DNA of 64,000 nucleotides from Nitrospirota bacterium (GTDB taxonomy: Bacteria > Nitrospirota > UBA9217). Below are positions 20,611-30,632 of the stretch, piece after piece (within the stretch, counting starts at the first letter, position 1; each line of letters begins with the position of its first letter). The stretch lies in contig CAVTRN010000002.1 of the NCBI GenBank assembly GCA_963737155.1, forward strand, positions 896,001 to 960,000, written 5' to 3'. The notes under the pieces were generated by a model. That model saw only the letters and a list, made by a program, of their open reading frames with translations. It did not search any database and was not told the origin of the DNA. The position numbers and the translations under genes are program-made.

Positions 20611-21879
20611 TCACGATTTATAGATCGCAATTTCGCTCTTCAAATCAAAAAATCCGACGAACTTATCGGGGTTTATGACTTCAAAAAGTATAATATCATA
20701 GACTCTGTGGTATACCACGAAGTTATCGGCTTCAAAATTCGTGCAACCTAACGAAAGTGCATATATTCCAGTCTGTAAATTGAGAATTTGGGAAAATTCA
20801 ATTTCCACGACATGGTTTTCTTTAAATACTGATGTGGAAATGTTCTTGTAATTAGAATTTGTTCCGGTTAGTTCCAATCCCTTGATGTCCTTTATGGTGT
20901 AGGCGAAAATTGGATTTTCAATTGCCTCGTTAAATTTAACCTTCATCTTTACATAACAAGCTTCTCCTCCAAATAGTTTTTGAGCCGGCTTGCCAGCCTT
21001 GTCAAAAATGCCAAAATCAACAATTTCAGCCTTCATATTGCCATATATAAGAGCATCTTTGTTGATGGAAAAATTATATTTATAAACGGTTTCTAACTTC
21101 CTGGCGTTTACTTTTGCGGCTGTGGTAGGTGACTCCTGCTTGTAACAATCCGCCATTAACCTCTTATAAGAGTCCACTGCCTCTTTAGGAGTATCTTCAA
21201 CCAGCTTATTGCCATCGCTAAGCAATATCCCTTTATTACAATATCTTATTACATTGTCTATCGAATGAGTGACAAAAAGTATAGTTTGCCCGCTCTCTTG
21301 AAATTCTTGAAACTTTTTATAGCATTTTGCTTGAAAATTCATGTCGCCGACCGCTAACGCCTCATCTACAATCAGGATATCCGGCTCAACATTCACCGCG
21401 CAGGCGAACGCAAGCCGTACGTACATGCCGCTTGAATACGTTTTGGCCGGCTGTTCTATAAAATCTCCGATGTCCGCGAAATTCGCGATCGACTCGAATT
21501 TTTCGTCCATTTCATCTTTTGAGATACCCATTAGTGCGCCGTTCATATAGACGTTGTCCCGGCCTGAAAACTCTCGGTTGAACCCCGCCCCGAGTTCAAG
21601 CAGGGCCGATATCCTGCCCCTGACTGTTGCCTCGCCGGTCGTCGGCTGAAGCACGCCGCAGATGATTTGAAGCAGCGTGGACTTGCCGCTGCCGTTTCTG
21701 CCAATGATACCAACGCACTCACCCTTTTTAATATCAAAGGATATGTCTTTTAACGCCCAGAACTCCTTATGATACTTCTTGCCAAAAGGATGCAGCAGCT
21801 CTTTCAACTTTTCCTTGGGAGAAGGATACATGCGGTAGCTTTTGCTGATGTTTTTGACACTTATTGCGATATCATTCAT
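20611..21879 (-). CDS. wzt: Polysaccharide ABC transporter ATP-binding subunit with C-terminal carbohydrate-binding (Wzt_C) domain
   Basis: GRNGSGKST, YSSGM, ILIVDEALAVGD, C-terminal extension of about 170 aa. Confidence 0.92.
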   Translation of the reverse strand: MNDIAISVKNISKSYRMYPSPKEKLKELLHPFGKKYHKEFWALKDISFDIKKGECVGIIGRNGSGKSTLLQIICGVLQPTTGEATVRGRISALLELGAGFNREFSGRDNVYMNGALMGISKDEMDEKFESIANFADIGDFIEQPAKTYSSGMYVRLAFACAVNVEPDILIVDEALAVGDMNFQAKCYKKFQEFQESGQTILFVTHSIDNVIRYCNKGILLSDGNKLVEDTPKEAVDSYKRLMADCYKQESPTTAAKVNARKLETVYKYNFSINKDALIYGNMKAEIVDFGIFDKAGKPAQKLFGGEACYVKMKVKFNEAIENPIFAYTIKDIKGLELTGTNSNYKNISTSVFKENHVVEIEFSQILNLQTGIYALSLGCTNFEADNFVVYHRVYDIILFEVINPDKFVGFFDLKSEIAIYKS

Positions 21880-22203
21880 AATAATAATGTTGTTGAGTAG
21901 CCGGTGCGTTTATTTGCTGAGTAGTTATGTTTGCTGAAACACTGCTGAGCTTTTGAGACGTTTTGTAGCACTTGGGATCACTGTTGAATAGCCCAGTCGT
22001 TAAGTCGTTTAGTACCGACGATGTAATCATACAACTACTTATGCTTTACTACCGTATCCTTTTTCAGTGGTCCCTTTTTGACTTTGCTTCCGGTTCCGTG
22101 AATTCTTCAACATCAAGCCGCTCAATTGCAACTACGACAGTATGTTTTACGTTTGCCCTCTGCGCTTCGCCCCATGTTCTTTGTGTTATGCGCTCTAAGA
22201 GAT

Positions 22204-23019
22204 TCACAACACTTCTCCAAACCCCGGTTTAAGCCTCCGAAACAGTAGCCCCCCGAGCCCGAAGGTTGCCAAGGAAACTGCGGCCATGGTCGCGATATCG
22301 GCCAAGGGCAGCCATCTTCCCGTTAGGATCGCATAGCGGTACCCCTCGACCATGTGATACAGGGGGTTCAGCTTGAAGATCGGTAAAATACGTGTAGGAA
22401 TTGTGCTCGCGGAATAAAACATCGGCGTGAAGAACATCCAGGCCAGCATCAGGAGACCCACTACTTGTTGCACGTCGCGTAGATACACATTGATGCTTGA
22501 AAGAATCCAGCCGATGCCCACGGAAAATATGATGATGAAGCACAGGTAGAGCAGGATGACTGGCGCCATGAGCGATAGTTTTCCCGTAAAGATGAAAACA
22601 ATTGCGAGCAGAAGGACGACGCCGATGAGATGGCCAATGAGATTGCTGAGGACCGTAATGACGGGTAGGATCTCTGAATTAAACCCCACTGCCTTTTTGA
22701 CCAGGTTTGTGTTAGATAGCAGCACATTGGTCGAGGCGTTCACAGTCTGGGCGAAGAACTGCCACGGGACGATGCCGCAGAGCAGGAACAGGAAGTAGCT
22801 GTTCGTTCCGTAGACCGGGTCGGGCTTCGACTTCAGAAATACTCCGAACACCACGCCATAGATCGCGAGCTGTGCGAGGGGGTTAATGACTGCCCAGAAA
22901 AAACCGAACAGGCTACCGACGTACATGGCCTTCAGGTCGCGGATGGCCATCATGCGGACCATGTAGCGGCTCTCGTACAGTTTTTTCACGAATGCTATGA
23001 AGATCGCAATGTTTTTCAT
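22204..23019 (-). CDS. wzm: Polysaccharide ABC transporter permease
   Basis: RDLKAMYVGSLFGFFWAVINPL, RDVQQVV, TPMFY, LNPLYHMVEGYR; start taken at MKNIA (23019). Confidence 0.92.
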   Translation of the reverse strand: MKNIAIFIAFVKKLYESRYMVRMMAIRDLKAMYVGSLFGFFWAVINPLAQLAIYGVVFGVFLKSKPDPVYGTNSYFLFLLCGIVPWQFFAQTVNASTNVLLSNTNLVKKAVGFNSEILPVITVLSNLIGHLIGVVLLLAIVFIFTGKLSLMAPVILLYLCFIIIFSVGIGWILSSINVYLRDVQQVVGLLMLAWMFFTPMFYSASTIPTRILPIFKLNPLYHMVEGYRYAILTGRWLPLADIATMAAVSLATFGLGGLLFRRLKPGFGEVL

Positions 23020-23091
23020 ACGTACAACTCGGAAGGTTGAGTAGTTGATCAGCGACTTGATAACTAAACAACTCAACTGTTTTTCAATAAA

Positions 23092-24027
23092 CTACTCGAC
23101 GACCTGATCGCCTTTTCCTGTCCACCACCCCGGATGCGCACTTAATCGCCTGCACAGATCCTTCGGCAACAAGCGGTGCCAACGCCCGAGCAGGAAGCCG
23201 ATGCCTCGAAGCGCGGTCCTCAGAAAGCATTCGAGCGCCTGGAGCAAATTGCCGCGCTTGACTACGTTTAAAAACTCGGACCAGGTGTAGCGCCAAGCTT
23301 CGCCCATGTTCCCGCCGAAGGCTTCTCCGATCCATGCCTCGGACTTGTAAAACATCGCGGTATCGAAATAGCGCTTGAGCTCATCCAGCAACGTGTGGTT
23401 ATGAGAATGATACACAGCGGCATCTGGTGCGTATGCGATCAGGTGCCCGGCGAGGATGAGGCGCGCTCCCGCATGCACATCCTCGGCAAAGATGATGCCG
23501 CGCTTGAATAACCCGATCAGTTGCAGTGCATCTTTCCGGTATGCGGAAAAGGAGTCTGACATGAAGGGCGTTTCAATACCGTATGTCGCCTTGTCCTGAA
23601 GGCCCTTGATCCGGGCTTCTGCCGGGTATTTAAATAACCGTAAATGTTCGGCAAATAGCGTTGCCCCACGGTCCGGAAGCTGCCGTCCGTACGCCGCGGC
23701 CACCTGCGCGTTGCTAAAAGGCCTGAGCAGGTTCTCAAGGGCGTGCTCGTTTGCCGGGACTGCGTCCTGAGTCAGAAAAACGATGAAATCTCCTTTGGCC
23801 GATTGGACGGCCAGGTTACGCGTGGCTCCATGATCGAAGTCCTGCCGACCTATGGTGATTACCGTTGCGCCGAAGGACCGCGCAAGTTCGGCCGTATCGT
23901 CCGATGATGAGGAATCGATGACGAGCAGTTCGTATGAAATGGTCTGCTCTTTTAAAGCTCGAAGCAGCCGCGAAAAATCCCCTCCGGCGTTTAGCGTAGG
24001 GATTGCCACCGTAACCAACGCGTTCAT
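23092..24027 (-). CDS. GT2 rhamnosyltransferase-like (RfbN/WbaN-type)
   Basis: IPTLNAG, IDSSSSDDT, FDHGATRN, FLTQDA, YGRQLP, AVYHSHN. Confidence 0.8.
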   Translation of the reverse strand: MNALVTVAIPTLNAGGDFSRLLRALKEQTISYELLVIDSSSSDDTAELARSFGATVITIGRQDFDHGATRNLAVQSAKGDFIVFLTQDAVPANEHALENLLRPFSNAQVAAAYGRQLPDRGATLFAEHLRLFKYPAEARIKGLQDKATYGIETPFMSDSFSAYRKDALQLIGLFKRGIIFAEDVHAGARLILAGHLIAYAPDAAVYHSHNHTLLDELKRYFDTAMFYKSEAWIGEAFGGNMGEAWRYTWSEFLNVVKRGNLLQALECFLRTALRGIGFLLGRWHRLLPKDLCRRLSAHPGWWTGKGDQVVE

Positions 24028-25187
24028 AAGGGCTGTGATTCGAACGTTTTCGTTTTGAGAAACAGCACTGACAGCATGAAGCCGTTAAACATACCCTGGA
24101 TACCAAATGTGATCAGCGTTAGTGAGGGAATCAGATACCGCATGGTCTCCCGGTAATCCAGTGCCAAAAAGTCAACCTTATACCATTTCCAGAACGTAAA
24201 TATAAAGCCCCCCAGACCGAGAAGAACGAGGGCACACGATCCGATTAAAAGATCTTCCAAGGTAAATAATGTCACCAAACGGTGAAATCGTTTGCTATAG
24301 GGCAGGATGCCCACGATATGGCTGTAGAGGGTGGCGAAAATGCCGGTAAAAATCACCTGCATGCCGAGAATCTCCAAAAATGCCATAACGAGAAGTGTGT
24401 GAACGTCCAGCGTTACGCCTTTGATCGCCAAAGGTCCTCTCGCAAGGACGATCTCGCCCAGTAGCCCCAAGAAAAGCATGAAAAGGCCCGGAAATATGAA
24501 AAGCCAGGTAGGGGCGTGGAGCAGCATAAAACGCAGGTGCCTCCACCCGTCCTGCCAGCGTTTGAGATGTGGTCCCCGGCTCCGGCCGTCTTTGTAGAGC
24601 GTTATAGGGACTTCCGAAATCTTAAGGTTTGCAAGCCCGGATTTGATGATCATTTCCGATGCCCACTCCATCCCCGTCGTGACGAGATGGAGGGCGAGGA
24701 CCTTTTCCCTGCGAAATGCGCGCATCCCGCAGTGAAAATCACTCACTTTTATTTTGAAAAACATCTTTCCGATGGTGGTAAGGATGGGATTTCCTATGTA
24801 CCTGTTCAGGCGCGGCATTGCGCCCTGCATAATCCGGCCTTTCATCCGGGTGCCGATGCAAATATCTTTTCCCTGGCGGAGTTCTTTGATCAAGGGGAGG
24901 GCCTCGTCGAAATGGTAGCTGTCGTCGCTATCACCCATCAAGACGTACTTGCCTTTTGCGTGCTGAAGCCCTTGCTGGAGCGCGGCACCATAACCTCTGA
25001 CCGGGCATTTCACCACGCGCGCCCCAAGGTCCCGCGCGATCTTTCTGCTGCCGTCAATCGAACCGTTATCGGCAATGAGGACCTCGCCGTCAATGTTATT
25101 ATCCGCAAGGAGCCGTTGAGCCCGCTGTACGCATACCCCAACCGTTTCGGCTTCGTTCAAGCAAGGCAGTAACACCGTTAGTTCCAT
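24024..25187 (-). CDS. DPM1-like polyprenyl-phosphate sugar synthase (GT2) with C-terminal TMs
   Basis: PCLNEAET, ADNGSIDGS, RGYGAAL, MGDSDDSY, DFHCGMRAF, GMEWASEM, DGWRHL. Confidence 0.85.
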   Translation of the reverse strand: MELTVLLPCLNEAETVGVCVQRAQRLLADNNIDGEVLIADNGSIDGSRKIARDLGARVVKCPVRGYGAALQQGLQHAKGKYVLMGDSDDSYHFDEALPLIKELRQGKDICIGTRMKGRIMQGAMPRLNRYIGNPILTTIGKMFFKIKVSDFHCGMRAFRREKVLALHLVTTGMEWASEMIIKSGLANLKISEVPITLYKDGRSRGPHLKRWQDGWRHLRFMLLHAPTWLFIFPGLFMLFLGLLGEIVLARGPLAIKGVTLDVHTLLVMAFLEILGMQVIFTGIFATLYSHIVGILPYSKRFHRLVTLFTLEDLLIGSCALVLLGLGGFIFTFWKWYKVDFLALDYRETMRYLIPSLTLITFGIQGMFNGFMLSVLFLKTKTFESQPL

Positions 25188-25313
25188 TATGCTATCACCT
25201 TTGCATCATGCCGTTTCTGCATTCGATTTGCTGCACGGTTTCGAGGGTTTTTCCGCACCATATTTCTTTCAATCTTAATTCCGCCTAGTGTCTAATAGGG
25301 GATGAAGCATAGT

Positions 25314-25342
25314 ATATTACTCTAAAAATATGTTAAGGTCAA
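25314..25342 (-). promoter_or_regulatory. Putative sigma-70 promoter of the glycan operon
   Basis: TTGACC-17 nt-TAATAT on minus strand. Confidence 0.5.
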
Positions 25343-25479
25343 ACGGATTTGGGTACTTTTGGGAGCCAGTGAAAGCATTGTAAAAATCCGTCCAGGAACA
25401 ATATATCCCCATTAGGGCTATTTCGATTCCTCTATGCATGGCAAACAAGCCGGGATTATATAGCAATAGCATTTTGAGG

Positions 25480-25508
25480 TTGAAAATCAACCATTGAATG
25501 GTTATAAT
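25480..25508 (+). promoter_or_regulatory. Putative sigma-70 promoter with palindrome in spacer
   Basis: TTGAAA-17 nt-TATAAT; AACCATT-g-AATGGTT inverted repeat overlaps the spacer. Confidence 0.55.
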
Positions 25509-25706
25509 GCCGCCACAATATGATCTTCGACGAGCAGGGGAGGATAGTGTGAATCACTTGTCACACGCTTCACGGAGAATACCGGAATGTGGACGATAAG
25601 AGAAGCTATTATCTGAGATGGAGCCTCGCAAATAACCTCTGCTTTAGCTACGTTAAGACACTGCCGGAAATGCCTAGTAGACGTTATAGCATCTGTAACC
25701 AGGGCC

Positions 25707-27452
25707 ATGGTTTCGAAAAACGATAAAAGAAAAGACACAAATGCCGGGGAGGGGAAACGCTCAGGAATTTTTTGGACATTGGTGGGCCAGCCGGCCGTTC
25801 ATGTCATTCTCATCCTGTTTGTCGGCCTTATTGTATACTCAAACACCTTCAATGTACCTTTCCAGTTCGACGACTTGGATTTCATCCAGAATAATCCCAT
25901 CATAAAATCCCTCGATAACTTTTTTTCAAGCACAAGCGGATACGAGTATAATCCTCAGCGCTTTATAGCGTTTCTTACTTTTGCAGTCAATTATCACTTC
26001 GGTGGGTACGATGTTATCGGGTATCACGTAGTCAATCTCGCTATTCACGTGATAAACTCGATACTTGTTTATATTCTCGTTTTGCTCAGTTTCAATATCC
26101 GATCCGGACAAACGGGACAAGACCCTCATCCTCCCGGGGAATCCCGACCGGACTATTCCCGTATGATTGCGTTATTTTCTGCGCTCCTTTTTGTGGCCCA
26201 TCCTGTACAGACGCAGGCAGTAACGTACATTTACCAAAGGCTGACCTCTCTCGCGACTATGTTTTACCTCCTCTCCCTGGTTGCCTATATTATGGCAAGG
26301 AACGCCGGGGGCGTATCAAAGGGGTGGTGGCGTAATACGGCCTCCGCAGCCCTGTATTTGCTTTCGGTCACGTCAGCGGTGCTTGCAATGAAAACGAAGG
26401 AAACGGCCTTCACTCTTCCGATCATCATAGCGGTTTATGAGTTCGTCTTTTTCAGGACGGAGTTCAGAAAGAAAGTACTTTTTGTCCTGCCTGTTCTGCT
26501 GACGCTCGTGATTATTCCGATCAGCATCATAGGAATGCACAAACCTCTCGGAGAGATCCTCTCCGATATCAGCGAGAAGTCGAGGCTCCAAACGCAAATG
26601 CCGAGGTGGGACTACCTTGTCACCCAGATGCGGGTCGTCACAACCTATGTGAGGCTTCTTTTTATGCCTGTAGGACAGAATGTCGATTACGATTATCCGG
26701 TATATCATTCGCTCTTCACACCGGCCGTCTTTTGCTCTTTTCTTTTTCTCCTATCGATTTTCGGGATCGGCGCGTATCTCCTGTACCGTTCGCGCTTGAG
26801 CCCAAAACCTGCTGCACCAGGCAAAGCGAGCACCTTTCTCAAAGGGGCTCTTCCTTTGCCCCTTTTGCCTTACTATCGGCTTATTGGTTTCGGCATTCTC
26901 TGGTTCTTTATAACTTTATCGATAGAATCATCGATTATACCGATTGCCGACGTGATTTTTGAACACAGGGTCTACCTTCCTTCGGTCGGCGCATGCATAG
27001 CAGCGACATCAACGTTGTTTCTATTTGTTTTTAAAATGAGGAAGAAGTTTCCAAGGGCGGAAGAGATCGTCGTCGGGGTGCTAGTTTTGACGATACTTGT
27101 TTTTTCCGGCGCGACCATAGCTCGGAATGCCATATGGAAAGACACTGTTACCTTATGGGAAGATGCGGCCCAAAAAAGTCCGAACAAGGGGCGAGTTCAT
27201 CAAAATTTGGGAAGAGCATATGATATTAACCGTGAACCGCAGAAAGCATTCGAGCAATATTTGATCGCAACGAAAGTTGATCCTGATTTAGCATTAGCGC
27301 ACGAAAGCCTTGGCATATCTTATGTCAGTATCAGGGAATTCAATGAGGCGCGGAAAGAATTATTAATCGCGCTTCAGTTGAATCCCGATTTAAGTGAGGC
27401 GCGGATGTTTCTTGATTACATCTCCCAGCAAAATAGGAAAGTCTCTCATTAA
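25707..27452 (+). CDS. TMTC-like GT-C membrane protein with C-terminal TPRs (putative protein O-glycosyltransferase)
   Basis: YSNTF..PFQFDD, YHVVNLAIH, LFVAHPVQTQAVTYIYQR, KTKE, EHRVYLPS, RNAIWKD..LWEDA, TPRs. Confidence 0.8.
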   Translation: MVSKNDKRKDTNAGEGKRSGIFWTLVGQPAVHVILILFVGLIVYSNTFNVPFQFDDLDFIQNNPIIKSLDNFFSSTSGYEYNPQRFIAFLTFAVNYHFGGYDVIGYHVVNLAIHVINSILVYILVLLSFNIRSGQTGQDPHPPGESRPDYSRMIALFSALLFVAHPVQTQAVTYIYQRLTSLATMFYLLSLVAYIMARNAGGVSKGWWRNTASAALYLLSVTSAVLAMKTKETAFTLPIIIAVYEFVFFRTEFRKKVLFVLPVLLTLVIIPISIIGMHKPLGEILSDISEKSRLQTQMPRWDYLVTQMRVVTTYVRLLFMPVGQNVDYDYPVYHSLFTPAVFCSFLFLLSIFGIGAYLLYRSRLSPKPAAPGKASTFLKGALPLPLLPYYRLIGFGILWFFITLSIESSIIPIADVIFEHRVYLPSVGACIAATSTLFLFVFKMRKKFPRAEEIVVGVLVLTILVFSGATIARNAIWKDTVTLWEDAAQKSPNKGRVHQNLGRAYDINREPQKAFEQYLIATKVDPDLALAHESLGISYVSIREFNEARKELLIALQLNPDLSEARMFLDYISQQNRKVSH

Positions 27453-27839
27453 TAAGCATGGGGGGAAAGGTTTGCTCTCTTTTACCTTTCTATTTTCTCC
27501 CTAGTCTGCTGGAAGCCGTTACATGGTGAAATGACCTTGCATACTTGGTAATATCACCAGTATTGTTGTAGTGAGACAAACGCATACCAAAAAATCTTGC
27601 ACATTGTCGGGCACGTGCAGAAAGTAATGCGCCTTTAGGTTCAAGTATATAAATTGCATGCATTAACAGAGTTTTAGCTGATTGTGTGGCTGATTGCCGG
27701 TATTTTCCCACTATTACCTGCTGTAATTTCATTAAATACGACTAGAGTATTAATAACCGATCTGCGTCATTCAATATTGTTATGGTTGCGGGATTGATCC
27801 TAGTGACTGATTCATCAATTCAGACAAGGAGGAAGAGTA

Positions 27840-28433
27840 ATGAAGAAGTTATTGTCCAGTTTAGCGATTGTTGCCGTTGCTTGTGTTGCACCAGTAATCG
27901 TATTTGCTGCAGGCGGTCATGATAGTTTAAGCTGCACCGGTTGTCATGCGATTCACACCGCAAAGGAAAAGAAACTGATTTTTGCTGTCGAAAAAAACAA
28001 GACGGATATCAATCCAAGGACTAAACAGCCTTATGCCGGTATCACCGCACTCTGTCTTGGTTGCCATGAGACCCCCGAAAAGGGCGGACAGGGAATCAAG
28101 CCAATTGAAGCGCACATGAGCCATCCCTATGGAATTAAATCTGTAAACCCGAAAGTTGCGCGCGTTCCCGATGAATTATTAAGAAGTGGGAATTTCGAGT
28201 GCGTGAGCTGTCACGATCCGCATCCTTCTAACACCAATTATAAATACTTGAGGGTCGATACTGCCAACGGCGGCAAAATGGAAAATTTCTGCGCAGTATG
28301 CCACCCAATGAAGGCTGATCCTAAAACGGCTGCTGAAAAAGCGCAGTTTTTTAGCAGCATGGATGAACAAGCCTATGGAATGGCGTCACCAGAGGGCACA
28401 ATGAATCCTCCGGCAGCAGGGAAAAAACAGTAA
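27840..28433 (+). CDS. Exported tetraheme c-type cytochrome
   Basis: Signal peptide; CTGCH, CLGCH, CVSCH, CAVCH; AGGAGG SD. Confidence 0.9.
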   Translation: MKKLLSSLAIVAVACVAPVIVFAAGGHDSLSCTGCHAIHTAKEKKLIFAVEKNKTDINPRTKQPYAGITALCLGCHETPEKGGQGIKPIEAHMSHPYGIKSVNPKVARVPDELLRSGNFECVSCHDPHPSNTNYKYLRVDTANGGKMENFCAVCHPMKADPKTAAEKAQFFSSMDEQAYGMASPEGTMNPPAAGKKQ

Positions 28434-28510
28434 GCACACGTTGAATATCGAGCTCATTACTGGCTAGTATAATGGAATGAGTTTCCAGATAGACTATCAA
28501 TCTCCATATC

Positions 28511-28542
28511 TATTCAGGCGGGCATCACTGCCCGCCTGAATA
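28511..28542. terminator. Hairpin, probable intrinsic terminator
   Basis: TATTCAGGCGGGCA-tcac-TGCCCGCCTGAATA perfect 14-bp stem. Confidence 0.65.
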
Positions 28543-28612
28543 ACATTATTCCAACGGAATAACAGCTAACAAATATTTTAAATCATTTCTTCCCCTGCCT
28601 GCTATACAATTA

Positions 28613-28798
28613 ATGATCTTATATTTTTATAACATTCATACAGCTCTATCTCTGCCGGGCGTGGTCGTATTGTTGTCCCTGGCTGCTGACGCAATATTCG
28701 GCTCCGGAATAGGGGCCATCTATGTTAATAACGGCGCCACGGTCGGCGCATCACTGGCTTTCCGGGCCGGCTATCTGTTTCGTGACGGGACTCAGTAG
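28613..28798 (+). pseudogene. TVP38/TMEM64 (DedA superfamily) fragment
   Basis: TALSLPG..VLLSLAADAIFG..IGAIYVNNGATVGASLAF...YLFRD, truncated at both ends. Confidence 0.65.
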
Positions 28799-28959
28799 TT
28801 GTTCGGCTCTCAAATGGAAAAGATGGGTATGCGGATTCAGTAGTTGATTACCTGAAAACCCCGGTCCCAGTAAACTGATATGGTTGACAGTTGTCAATAG
28901 GGAAAATAGTCTCCTGCCCCTTTTTTTCAAAGGGTTCATTGTTTCAATATGTTCCAAGG

Positions 28960-29130
28960 CGTAAGGAGGGACGGGGCCGACTTGTGCGACGTTTGATCAC
29001 TCTGATATTCGCGGGTTTGACCGCAAGACCTTTCTTCGCCGCGGAGCTGCCTCGCTCTATTAACGGAAGTTCGGCATTGCCTTATTCCATAGTTTGGACG
29101 AGGATTCTCCGTAAACGTGGCCGCGTCCCC
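28960..29130 (-). ncRNA. Putative bridge/seek RNA of the IS110/IS1111 element (boundaries approximate)
   Basis: GGAGAATCCTCG...GAGCGAGGCAGCTCCG...TGCGGTCAAACCCGCGAATATCAGAGTGATC scaffold containing short matches to target and donor junctions. Confidence 0.65.
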
Positions 29131-29404
29131 GCTTATGCCTTGGAGGTTGTTTATTGTTTGCTTGCGTCCTCCTTTGTTTTGCCTCAGTCGTTTGAGTCGC
29201 CATTGTTACCGGGTGACTTCAAGTTTTTGATCCTGTTCTTTGGAAAGCTCGATGCTCCCGCCTATGTTGACGATTTGAGCGGTTTTTACCTTTGAGGGTT
29301 GATTTTTTCTTTCATAAATGCCCCAGGATTGATTTTCCAGAGACAGTCCATGCCAAGATACCCCCCCAAGTTTTGTGTGACGCCTTGTTCTTGGGTTAAT
29401 CTTC

Positions 29405-30517
29405 TTATGCGCTCTGGAGATTCACTTCCCGGGCAATTGCCCATATGAAGCCGCATAGTTCCCTGGCAATGGCGGTTACCACCTTGTTCCTGGGCTTCCC
29501 TTTGGCCGTGAGTTTACGGAACCGTCCGCAGAGACGCACCTGGGCTTTCCAGGAGATATCACAGATATTTTTCGGCAGCCCCTCCTGCCGCTTGAGGATT
29601 ACCCGGCTCACTCGGGCCGGCAGACTGTAGGCTTGGGCCGCTTCAATCAATGCGCGCCTGACGTGGGTGTTTCCGGTTTTGGTGATAGCACCCCGTCTGG
29701 TGCTGTCGCCGCTGGAGTATTCGGAAGGGACCAATCCAAGGTATCCCATGAGCTGCTTGGGATTTTCAAAACGTCCCAAGTCTCCGATCTCGGCCATGGT
29801 GGTCGCGGCAGTTACATCCGCGATGCCGCGTAACGATTGGATTGCGAGTGCAACAGGGGCCGTTCGGCATGTGGGCATAAGCGTTTGAATCTGCTCCGTA
29901 AGCCGGGCCACACGCTCTGCGCATTCCTTCACCGTGTTGATGTACTCTTGCAGCGTGATCTGCTGTGCAGGGTGTGGCATCTTGATATCAGACAACCAGC
30001 GCATGTGGGCTTGGGTCCATGCGGTTTCTCCAGAGTAACGGTGTCCATGCCGCAGGAGCATCGCGCCTAACCTCTGCCGGGCAGTGCGATGGGCCTTGAC
30101 TGCGTCTTCGCGGCATCGGGTCAGGTCTCTCATGGCTTCATCATCCTCTTGGGGCACGTAAACAGGAGTCAGTTCTCCGGCCCGATACAGCCTGGCTAGA
30201 CTTTGCGCGTCACGACGATCGGTCTTGACGCGATCGCCGCTTTTCTTGGGAATCAGCGATGGTGCCACAACCGTGCATTTGTAACCTCTCTTGGTTAGAT
30301 GGCGGTATATTTCGTAACCACACGGCCCGGCTTCATAGACGAAGTGCAGTTCTGAGCCTTTGCTTTCAAGCTTTCTGACCATTTTGTCCAATGACGCCAT
30401 GTCGCCGCCGATTTTGCCGTAGTAGCGAACCTCTTGGCTGCCGCCAATTTCGGCCGTTGCTACAGCTATGGAGTTTTTTGCTGAATCGAGTCCTACGATT
30501 GTGATAGAATCTTTCAT
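29405..30517 (-). CDS. IS110-family DEDD transposase/recombinase
   Basis: VGLD, YEAGPCG, KTDRRDA (D-E-D-D), GLVPSEYSSG serine motif, ITKTGN, AIAREL; AGGAGG before MKDS. Confidence 0.95.
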   Translation of the reverse strand: MKDSITIVGLDSAKNSIAVATAEIGGSQEVRYYGKIGGDMASLDKMVRKLESKGSELHFVYEAGPCGYEIYRHLTKRGYKCTVVAPSLIPKKSGDRVKTDRRDAQSLARLYRAGELTPVYVPQEDDEAMRDLTRCREDAVKAHRTARQRLGAMLLRHGHRYSGETAWTQAHMRWLSDIKMPHPAQQITLQEYINTVKECAERVARLTEQIQTLMPTCRTAPVALAIQSLRGIADVTAATTMAEIGDLGRFENPKQLMGYLGLVPSEYSSGDSTRRGAITKTGNTHVRRALIEAAQAYSLPARVSRVILKRQEGLPKNICDISWKAQVRLCGRFRKLTAKGKPRNKVVTAIARELCGFIWAIAREVNLQSA

Positions 30518-30632
30518 GACCTGCCTCCTTGTTTGTGGCTCTGTATTTGGACACCCATTGCATCCAAGTATAACCCACGGTGACAAGGGGCAGGTCACTT
30601 TTTCAACTGTCAACCATTATGTCTATTGATTC

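Larger units (their letters stand above)
28875..30624 (-). mobile_element. Complete IS110-family element, IS1111-like organisation (about 1750 bp)
   Basis: Perfect 14-bp sub-terminal IRs ATGGTTGACAGTTG (28880-28893) and CAACTGTCAACCAT (30604-30617); CT core at both ends; long non-coding region downstream of the transposase. Confidence 0.88.

Noticed and set aside
28891-29295. 134-aa plus-strand ORF inside the IS
   Set aside because: Antisense to the predicted bridge RNA region, no SD or motif
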